Shown in pieces: positions 44,696-52,000 of a stretch of 64,000 bases of DNA (its first letter is position 1; each line of letters begins with the position of its first letter). The stretch is from positions 5,405 through 69,404 of the forward strand of contig CAXMUJ010000215.1 in the NCBI GenBank assembly GCA_964196455.1, given 5' to 3'. A program made the translations under genes and the position numbers. The notes below the pieces were generated by a model. That model saw only the letters and a program-made list of their open reading frames with translations, did no database searches and was not told the origin of the DNA. Origin of the DNA: an uncultured Myxococcota bacterium. Its GTDB lineage: Bacteria; Pseudomonadota; Alphaproteobacteria; Rhodobacterales; Rhodobacteraceae.

Positions 44696-45904
44696 CTAGG
44701 TCTCGCCGGTGGGGTTGGACCCCGCCGCTGCTTCGCGGATCACTTGCGTCAACTGTTGCAAATCCTGACGCAGTTGCTGTGTGCTCTCGTGGCGTCCTAT
44801 GGCGATCTCTTCCAACATACGCAGCAGCTGGGTTTCTATATTTGCCAGCCGGCGGTTGGTCTCGGGGTCCGGTTCAACCGAGTGTTGAGTATCAGTGCCA
44901 GTGTTGGCAATACTTTCGCGAATTGCCTCTACAATCTGTTTTTGGCTCTCTGCTACCGCTTCGATCGCCTTTTGGCCGCCTTCTTGGGCTGCAACGCTAT
45001 AGTCTGCCATCTGCTGTAACGCTTTGGTCAAGTCGGTCGTTTGGCGATCTGACGTTGCATTCTGGTCACGCATTTCCGCCAATATGTCCTGCAATTTATC
45101 GAACTGCATCGCTGAATATTCCGCATATCCGGAAAAGCTGCCGCTTGCGCCTTGGCTTTCGTCGTTTGACGAGACACCAAGTTGGGTAATCGACGACAGC
45201 CAAACTTCTAATTCTCCGTAGAACCTGTTCTGGCCTTTGGCTGCGAAAAGCTCCAGCAAACCAACGACAAGTGATCCCGCCAAGCCCAAAAGTGATGACC
45301 CAAACGCGGTTCCCATGCCGCCCAGCTGTTCTTCCAATCCCGACATCAAATTGTCAAAAATATCCAGCGAGCTGCTGTCTTCGCCCTGCGGGGCCAGCGA
45401 CCGGATCGTGTCCACAACCGCTGGTACCGATATCGCCAACCCGTAAAATGTTCCTAAAAGTCCTAGGAAAATCAACAAATTGATAATGTATCTGGTTAAA
45501 TCTCGGGCTTCGTCCAATCGGGTCGCCACGGAATCCAGAATGGATGTCGAAGAAAAGGACGTGATTTGTTTACGTGCGCCCTTTTTGCGCAACAGCGCCG
45601 ATAAAGACGCCAACAAGCCGGGCGCTTTGACAAACTCGTGTCCAGGACGATCCAGTGCAAACCCTTCGATCCAGCTGACCGAATTGATCAGTGTCATTAC
45701 CTGCCAGAAACAGGCAACGATACCGAACAGGAACACAAGGATGATGAAACCGTTCAGATAAGGCGAGGCCAAAAATATCGGCGAGACCGCCGGATAGGCA
45801 AAGAACACACTAACGCCGGCCAATACGCAGATCAAAAGCATGACAATGATATGGTTCACCGGCTGAGTGAACTGCGGCTCTGCAGAAGTGTCGAATTTAG
45901 CCAT
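44696..45904 (-). CDS. MotA/TolQ/ExbB proton-channel family protein with a roughly 180-aa C-terminal helical tail
   Basis: The 402-aa ORF has 4 predicted TM helices. Channel-family signatures are LIFLGLLGTFYGLAISV and GMGTAFGSSLLGLAGSLVVGLLELF...NRFY. The stop TAG lies 3 nt before the ATG of the MotB-like gene. Confidence 0.8.
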   Translation of the reverse strand: MAKFDTSAEPQFTQPVNHIIVMLLICVLAGVSVFFAYPAVSPIFLASPYLNGFIILVFLFGIVACFWQVMTLINSVSWIEGFALDRPGHEFVKAPGLLASLSALLRKKGARKQITSFSSTSILDSVATRLDEARDLTRYIINLLIFLGLLGTFYGLAISVPAVVDTIRSLAPQGEDSSSLDIFDNLMSGLEEQLGGMGTAFGSSLLGLAGSLVVGLLELFAAKGQNRFYGELEVWLSSITQLGVSSNDESQGASGSFSGYAEYSAMQFDKLQDILAEMRDQNATSDRQTTDLTKALQQMADYSVAAQEGGQKAIEAVAESQKQIVEAIRESIANTGTDTQHSVEPDPETNRRLANIETQLLRMLEEIAIGRHESTQQLRQDLQQLTQVIREAAAGSNPTGET

Positions 45905-46068
45905 TTGGATATATGTCCTGCTCGTGTTAAAGCCTTATAAACGAGGACAATACAGTCGAAGTCCAGATATTCCAACGGGTAACTTCTCTTCTAGCGCCGG
46001 ATCGCTTATTCACTTGAAAAACTGGACTAGAATGTCCAAATACAGCTTAAACATTAGGAGCAAGTCAT

Positions 46069-47013
46069 ATGACACCATTGGGTTTGGGTGCAGGGTCAGG
46101 GTCAATTGCGGCGCTGGTTTTTCTAATATTCGCGGTCATTCTGATTTACATGTCGGTAAAATCAGTTCCCCAAGGGGAGGAGTTCACCGTCGAGCGGTTT
46201 GGCCGATATACGCGCACGCTCTCGCCGGGGCTGCATTTCCTTGTGCCGATCATGGACAAACTGGGCGCCAAAATCAATATGATGGAAACTGTTCTCGATA
46301 TCGACAGTCAGGAAGTCATCACCAAAGACAACGCGATGGTAATGACCGATGCGGTGACGTTTTATCAGGTTGTTGATGCCGCCAAGGCGGCTTACGAGGT
46401 GCGCGATATGCGCCGCGCCCTGTCCAATCTGACCCAAACAAATATCCGGTCCGTTCTCGGGTCGATGGATCTGGACGAAAGCTTGTCGAACCGCGAGTCG
46501 ATTAATGCCAAACTTTTGCACGTGATTGATGATGCAGCCCATCCCTGGGGCATCAAAGTCACGCGGGTCGAGATCAAAGATCTGGCACCACCACCGGACA
46601 TTAACGAAGCAATGGCCCGCCAAATGAAGGCCGAACGAAACAAACGCGCTGAAATCCTGAATGCCGAAGGTCACAAACAAGCGGCAATTTTGAACGCCGA
46701 AGGCGAGCGCGAGGCGCAAATCAGGTCTGCCGAAGGACGCCGCGAAGCTGCATTTCTGGACGCGGAAGCCCGCGAAAGATCAGCCGAGGCCGAAGCCAAG
46801 GCAACCCAAATGGTCTCCAAGGCGATTGCAGAGGGCGATATTCAGGCTGTTAACTATTTTGTGGCACAAAAATACACCGAAGCCCTGCGCGACATTGCGT
46901 CGGCAGACAATACCAAGACCATCATGATTCCGCTCGAAGCGTCAAGCCTGTTGGGATCAATTTCCGGCATCGCCGAAATCGCCAAAGCTGTTACCGGCAA
47001 AAGCGACAAATAG
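46069..47013 (+). CDS. SPFH/Band-7 (stomatin/QmcA-like) membrane protein
   Basis: An N-terminal TM helix is followed by VPQGEEFTVERFGRYTRTLSPGLHFLVP...ITKDNAMV...VTRVEIKDL and an Ala/Glu/Arg-rich coiled coil. An AGGAG Shine-Dalgarno lies upstream. Confidence 0.9.
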   Translation: MTPLGLGAGSGSIAALVFLIFAVILIYMSVKSVPQGEEFTVERFGRYTRTLSPGLHFLVPIMDKLGAKINMMETVLDIDSQEVITKDNAMVMTDAVTFYQVVDAAKAAYEVRDMRRALSNLTQTNIRSVLGSMDLDESLSNRESINAKLLHVIDDAAHPWGIKVTRVEIKDLAPPPDINEAMARQMKAERNKRAEILNAEGHKQAAILNAEGEREAQIRSAEGRREAAFLDAEARERSAEAEAKATQMVSKAIAEGDIQAVNYFVAQKYTEALRDIASADNTKTIMIPLEASSLLGSISGIAEIAKAVTGKSDK

Positions 47014-47062
47014 TCGAGGGGCGGAACACGCGCCGGAACCGGCCCGAAAGGAAGGACCAAGT

Positions 47063-47515
47063 ATGCAATTTCTCGTAGGCATTTCTCCGTGGTGGTGGGT
47101 TGCGTTTGCTTTGGCGCTGGGTGCGATCGAAATGACCACTATGTCGTTCTTCCTGATTTGGCCGGCTTTGGCGGCGCTGTGTCTGGGCGTACTGCTGGCC
47201 ATCTTGCCGGACCTGTCCGGAACTGCCCAGATCGTCATATTTGCGGCCCTTGGGATCGCGTTTACCTTTATCGGCAGATATCTGATGTCACGCTTCGGCG
47301 ACGGGGCCGAGCTGGCACCGACACTCAATCAGCGCGGCAACCACTTTGTTGGTCGCACAGGCAAGGTGCTGGAATTCGCCTCGGGTCAAGGTGTGATCGA
47401 AGTGGAAGGCATGCAATGGCGCGCCAACTGGCCCGAAGGTAAAACAGCAGAGATCGGCGCCAAGGTGCGTATCGTCAAGGCCGACGGCATGACGCTGCAT
47501 GTGGAAACAACCTAG
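47063..47515 (+). CDS. NfeD family protein (short YbbJ-like form)
   Basis: The 150-aa ORF has N-terminal TM helices plus a C-terminal OB-like GRTGKVLE...GVIEVEGMQWRA...KVRIVKADGMTLHV. Confidence 0.8.
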   Translation: MQFLVGISPWWWVAFALALGAIEMTTMSFFLIWPALAALCLGVLLAILPDLSGTAQIVIFAALGIAFTFIGRYLMSRFGDGAELAPTLNQRGNHFVGRTGKVLEFASGQGVIEVEGMQWRANWPEGKTAEIGAKVRIVKADGMTLHVETT

Positions 47516-47542
47516 TCCTGATCAGAATATAGTTGCGCAGAC

Positions 47543-48079
47543 CTAGCCTGCGCGAATCTCCAGAACCCGCGCTGACAACCACGTCAAATCCGGATCTTCC
47601 AGACCAAGCTGCGTTAAATGTGTGGCCGTGTTCAGCAGGTAATCCACGTTCGGCCCGCGCCCACCGCGTGCTGTGGCGATGATCTGGGCCTGTTCCTCGA
47701 GAAGCAGCGAGCAATATTGGTCATGATCGCGATCGACAACATAGCTCACCGCATCTACGTGCCGGCCATCGCGCAACTGGATCGGCAGAACCAGTTCCAG
47801 ATAGGCAGACGACACCAGTTCACGTTCGCGCAACGCCGCTATTGTCGCTGTGGCTAAATCCGGTGGCACAAAAAACGCAACCCCATCACATGTACTGTTG
47901 CCAGCATCCAGCGCCAGGACCAGACCGGGATCTTTGACGGTCCCGCGGTGATGGATAGAGCGCATACAAAAACTGCGAGCGTAGCCGTGCAGTCGGGCAA
48001 TATGTCGCTCGGAATAGTCGAACTCCGGCTGCCAAACCAGAGATCCATAGCCAAAAACCCAAAAACCGTTGATGTGCAT
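47543..48079 (-). CDS. chaC: ChaC family gamma-glutamylcyclotransferase
   Basis: FWVFGYGSLVWQPEF...LHGYARSFC...GLVLALD is present. The ATG at 48079 is preferred because the longer track ORF would overlap the next gene's start. Confidence 0.85.
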   Translation of the reverse strand: MHINGFWVFGYGSLVWQPEFDYSERHIARLHGYARSFCMRSIHHRGTVKDPGLVLALDAGNSTCDGVAFFVPPDLATATIAALRERELVSSAYLELVLPIQLRDGRHVDAVSYVVDRDHDQYCSLLLEEQAQIIATARGGRGPNVDYLLNTATHLTQLGLEDPDLTWLSARVLEIRAG

Positions 48080-48146
48080 CGTATTCTTCCTATAGTGCCC
48101 GACATCTATAGCCATGACTGGCACGAAATTAAAAGGGTGAGTAAAC

Positions 48147-49148
48147 ATGCGTGCACTAATTGTGGCGATACTGGTGGCCGCGACGGGTTGGTCCGGTTTT
48201 TGGGTTCTTGGATCCGGGGCTCAGCAATCCGCCATTCAGACATGGCTGGATGATCGCGCCGAGGATGGCTGGGTTGCAAATTATGACGAGGTTACGGTTG
48301 CGGGCTTCCCCAACCGGTTCGACAGCACGGTCTCGGATTTACAGCTCGCAGACCCGAAATACGGCTGGTCATGGTCCGCACCGCATTTCAATATCATGCA
48401 ACTCAGCTATCAACCCAACCATTTCATTGCCGTCTGGCCGAAAACGCAGAGCCTGTCATCGCCAAATGGCACCACGATCATCACTGCCCAAGACATCCGC
48501 GCCAGTCTGGTAGTTGAGCCCGACAGTCGGCTGGCGCTGGACCGGGCCACAGTCACCCTGTCTGACCTGCATCTGAAAGGTGAAGGCGGCTGGGAAAGTG
48601 CAATTGGTCAGGCCGTTCTGGCCTCAAAACAATCAGAGACCGAGCCATTCGCCCATGATATCGCCCTGTCTGCCCAAGATGTTGTTCCGTCCGCAGCCTT
48701 TAAATCGCAATTTGATCCGAGCGGGACGTTGCCATCACAGTTTGAAACGCTGGAAATTCAGACAACGGCGGCCTTTGACGGCCCATGGGATCTGGTCGCA
48801 ATAGAGGGCAAAAAACCGGTTTTGTCACGAATGGATCTGGACAAGTTTGTCGCAAAATGGGGAGACTTGGACCTAAGAGCCACAGGCTCGGTCGAAATCG
48901 ATGCCCAAGGCTATCCCACCGGCGCGCTGGATATCAAAGCAAAGAATTGGCAGAAAATTCTTGATCTGGCAGTCGCGTCAGGGGCAATAACAGCGGATGT
49001 TTCGGGCATGCTGTCAACCGGTCTGGGCCTGTTGGCACTGCTGTCAGGCGACCAGAATACACTGAATGTGCCATTGAACTTCAGCAACAAGGTGATGAGC
49101 TTGGGGCCTATTCCGATCGGCGACGCGCCGCGACTGATGTGGAACTAG
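48147..49148 (+). CDS. exported/membrane-anchored hypothetical protein (DUF2125-like)
   Basis: The 333-aa ORF has an N-terminal hydrophobic anchor MRALIVAILVAATGWSGFWVL. The DUF2125 assignment is from memory of alphaproteobacterial homologues. Confidence 0.5.
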   Translation: MRALIVAILVAATGWSGFWVLGSGAQQSAIQTWLDDRAEDGWVANYDEVTVAGFPNRFDSTVSDLQLADPKYGWSWSAPHFNIMQLSYQPNHFIAVWPKTQSLSSPNGTTIITAQDIRASLVVEPDSRLALDRATVTLSDLHLKGEGGWESAIGQAVLASKQSETEPFAHDIALSAQDVVPSAAFKSQFDPSGTLPSQFETLEIQTTAAFDGPWDLVAIEGKKPVLSRMDLDKFVAKWGDLDLRATGSVEIDAQGYPTGALDIKAKNWQKILDLAVASGAITADVSGMLSTGLGLLALLSGDQNTLNVPLNFSNKVMSLGPIPIGDAPRLMWN

Positions 49149-49933
49149 CGGCAATACGCACCGCTGCGGTACCGTGCCGTGTCAAAATGAAAGTGATCGC
49201 GGTGATGAACATCGGACCGGGGCCCCAAAACCGTGCCAAAAGCTCCGCAGGCAGATTTATGGAGCCGCTTGAGTTTGGACCCGTAGCGTGCGCTGTTCCA
49301 GTCTTTGAGCACCGTAATAGATGCCCCGTTTCGCAGCCCAAACCCCGAAATATCGATCGCATGCCCCTTGGCATGTTCCGAGATTTTGGCGCCCTTGCGA
49401 CTGTTTCGGGTTCGACATGAATAACTTGCAGCAACCCGCAACGCGCTGAGCCCGCCGCCGTGGCTTCGCAACACCGGTTCGGCGGCGTTAACCACCCATT
49501 TGTGCAATGCTTTGGCCGTTGAGCAGTCAATAGTGGCCGCAGTGCTGAGCTTGATGCCGGCCACAGACGTGACCCGCACCGGATTTTTGATGCCACAACC
49601 GACTGTTTTTGCAGAAAACCCCTTCAGGGTTGCGCCACGAATTGCGCGCACACCACAAACCGATCCTTTGCGCCGAAATTTTTTCTTGGGCGGCTGTACT
49701 GCGCTCAGGTGCAATTTAGCGGGGCGCGGACGCGGGACCAACGAGACCCGAACGCCGCCGCCGCGCCCTTGATCGGCAACAATCGCTTTGACAACTGTGC
49801 CGCTGATGCCAACGGCTGCCGGTCTGGGCTTGGGAATGAGCGACACAACGGGTGCATCCGCCAACACCGGCCCCGACAGGCGAAAAATAACAGCGATCCC
49901 CAACAGAAACAGTTTAAGGTTTCTTGGTTCCAC
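49145..49933 (-). CDS. extensin-like C-terminal domain protein (predicted M15/LAS-type zinc peptidase fold), secreted
   Basis: The C-terminus CGIKNPVRV...SEHAKGHAIDISGF...HHRDHFHFD contains the SxHxxGxAxD motif. A signal-like LKLFLLGIAVIFRLSGPVLA follows the GTG at 49933, and the ATG at 49969 is also possible. The track start at 50101 lies deep inside tyrC. Confidence 0.72.
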   Translation of the reverse strand: MEPRNLKLFLLGIAVIFRLSGPVLADAPVVSLIPKPRPAAVGISGTVVKAIVADQGRGGGVRVSLVPRPRPAKLHLSAVQPPKKKFRRKGSVCGVRAIRGATLKGFSAKTVGCGIKNPVRVTSVAGIKLSTAATIDCSTAKALHKWVVNAAEPVLRSHGGGLSALRVAASYSCRTRNSRKGAKISEHAKGHAIDISGFGLRNGASITVLKDWNSARYGSKLKRLHKSACGAFGTVLGPRSDVHHRDHFHFDTARYRSGAYCR

Positions 49934-50834
49934 GACCGAAATCCGCGGCGTCGGTATCTTGGCCCGCATCGATGATGCCGCGCCGGATGGCCCGTGTGCG
50001 GGTAAAGTAGTCAAACAATTGATCGCCGTCACCGCGCCGGATGGCACGTTGCAAATCGAACAGTTCTTCGGTGAACCGGCCCAGAATTTCCAGCGTTGCA
50101 TCCTTGTTGTTTAGGAAAACATCGCGCCACATGGTAGGGTCTGATGCAGCGATGCGGGTAAAGTCGCGGAAACCCGCCGCCGAATAATTCACAACCTCGC
50201 TGTCAGTGACCCGGTGCAGGTCATCGGCCACCCCGACCATCGTATAGGCAATCAGGTGTGGCACATGCGATGTCACCGACAATACCAGATCGTGGTGCTG
50301 CGGGTCCATTTCCGACGTGTTGGAGCCAACACCCTGCCAGAGCGCTTCCAGTTTTTTGATCTCGGCGGGGTCTGTCCCCTCTAATGGCGTCAACAGACAC
50401 CAACGGTTTTCAAACAGTTCAGCAAAGCCCGAAGTCGGACCGGATTTTTCCGTACCGGCCAACGGGTGCGCCGGAATAAAGAGGGCATCGTCGGGCAAAT
50501 GCGGGCAAACGGCGTCAATGATCGCCTGTTTTACCGAACCTACATCAGTGACAACAGCACCGGCTTTCAAATGCGGTGCGATCCCTGCCATAACCGGCCC
50601 CATCACACCGACCGGCACGCACAAAACCACCAGATCAGCATTGTTGACCGCCTCGGCGGCAGTTTCACAAATGCTGTCGCACAGATCAATGTCGATGGCC
50701 GTCTGACGCGACGCGGCCGACTTGGCATAGCCAACCACTTCGCCGGCCAGCCCGTGTTTGCGCATCGCCAGCGACAACGACCCGGCAATAAGTCCCAGCC
50801 CGATCAACGCGACCTTGTCATAAATAACAGCCAT
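49914..50834 (-). CDS. tyrC: prephenate/arogenate dehydrogenase
   Basis: VALIGLGLIAGSLSLAM (Rossmann fold) and AHPLAGTEKSG are present, and the gene is cotranscribed with hisC. Confidence 0.88.
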   Translation of the reverse strand: MAVIYDKVALIGLGLIAGSLSLAMRKHGLAGEVVGYAKSAASRQTAIDIDLCDSICETAAEAVNNADLVVLCVPVGVMGPVMAGIAPHLKAGAVVTDVGSVKQAIIDAVCPHLPDDALFIPAHPLAGTEKSGPTSGFAELFENRWCLLTPLEGTDPAEIKKLEALWQGVGSNTSEMDPQHHDLVLSVTSHVPHLIAYTMVGVADDLHRVTDSEVVNYSAAGFRDFTRIAASDPTMWRDVFLNNKDATLEILGRFTEELFDLQRAIRRGDGDQLFDYFTRTRAIRRGIIDAGQDTDAADFGRGTKKP

Positions 50835-51928
50835 TACGCGTTCCCTTTTTTAAGCTCGGTCAAGGCCGCTACAATGCGCTTGCATCCCGCCGCGTCACCA
50901 ACGGTTATCCGCAGCGCCTTGGGCAGGTTGTACTTGGGGACCTTGCGCACAATTATGCCCGCCGCCTTCAATGCGGCATCTGCTGCTTGCATGTCATCCA
51001 CTGTCTCAAAGCGGGCCAGAATGAAGTTGGCCGACGAGGGATCAGACGGGATCCCTATCGCGGCCAACTCGGCGGTCAGCCAATCGCGCCACTTGGCATT
51101 TTCTGCGCGGCAAAAATCAACATAGTCCCGATCAAGCACGGCGGCCTGTGCCGTGGCCAGTGCTGCGGATGACACATTGAACGGCCCACGCATCCGCAAT
51201 AACGTGTCGGTCATGGCGTCGTTGGCATAGCCCCAGCCAATGCGCAGGCTGCCCAGCCCGTAGATTTTCGAAAAGGTCCGCGTCATCACCACATTGTCGC
51301 GCGATGAAACCATCTGCGCGCCGCCATCAAACCCGTCCACGTATTCGGCATAGGCCCCATCCAGCACAAGAATTGCACCGTCCGGAATATTGTCTGCCAA
51401 ACGTTCAACCTCGGACGCCGGTGTCATCGTGCCGGTCGGATTGTTGGGATTTGCGATAAACACCAGCTTGGTCCGGTCCGTACACCCCGCAAGCACTGCA
51501 TCGACATCGGTCACACGGTTGTTTTCCGGCACAGAAATCGGCGTCGCGCCCACGGTTTGGGCCGCGATCTTGTACATGCCAAACCCATGTTCGGTGTACA
51601 GAACTTCGTCACCCACACCGGCGTAACAGCGGCATAGAAACGAGATCAATTCATCCGAACCACAACCGATGATGATATTGGATGCATTCAGCCCATGCAC
51701 CCCGGCAATCGCGTTGCGCAAAGCGGTATGATCTGATGACGGGTACAGATGCAAAGACTGGGCGGCATTTTGATAGGCCGCAATCGCCTTGGGGCTTGGC
51801 CCTAACGGATTTTCGTTCGAGCTCAGTTTGATCACATCGTCGCGGCCGGCAATCGTACTTTCACCGCCCACATAAAGCGCGATGTCCTCGATCCCGGGTT
51901 TTGGCTGAATTTTGGCCATAGTCGTCAC
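50834..51928 (-). CDS. hisC: histidinol-phosphate aminotransferase
   Basis: LSSNENPLGPSP, NPNNPTG and TFSKIYGLGSLRIG (PLP Lys) are present. Confidence 0.92.
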   Translation of the reverse strand: MTTMAKIQPKPGIEDIALYVGGESTIAGRDDVIKLSSNENPLGPSPKAIAAYQNAAQSLHLYPSSDHTALRNAIAGVHGLNASNIIIGCGSDELISFLCRCYAGVGDEVLYTEHGFGMYKIAAQTVGATPISVPENNRVTDVDAVLAGCTDRTKLVFIANPNNPTGTMTPASEVERLADNIPDGAILVLDGAYAEYVDGFDGGAQMVSSRDNVVMTRTFSKIYGLGSLRIGWGYANDAMTDTLLRMRGPFNVSSAALATAQAAVLDRDYVDFCRAENAKWRDWLTAELAAIGIPSDPSSANFILARFETVDDMQAADAALKAAGIIVRKVPKYNLPKALRITVGDAAGCKRIVAALTELKKGNA

Positions 51929-52000
51929 CTGATTGTTTGCCGTGACGTTTTAGCGCCGCAAATGCTAGATGGCCAGCACAATAGCCCCATCAATAGCCCG

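Noticed and set aside
42986-45904. Calling the MotA/MotB-like pair a Zorya anti-phage system, or a flagellar stator.
   Set aside because: No ZorC/D/E/F/G-like helicase or nuclease genes and no flagellar or chemotaxis genes occur in the operon or anywhere in the window. The long coiled coil is on the B subunit on the periplasmic side, not on the A subunit as in ZorA. Only the structural analogy is retained.
45905-46068. A sigma-32-like CTTGAA motif upstream of the SPFH gene.
   Set aside because: CTTGAA is present (about 46013-46018) but no CCCCAT-type -10 element follows at the proper spacing, so a heat-shock promoter call is unsupported.
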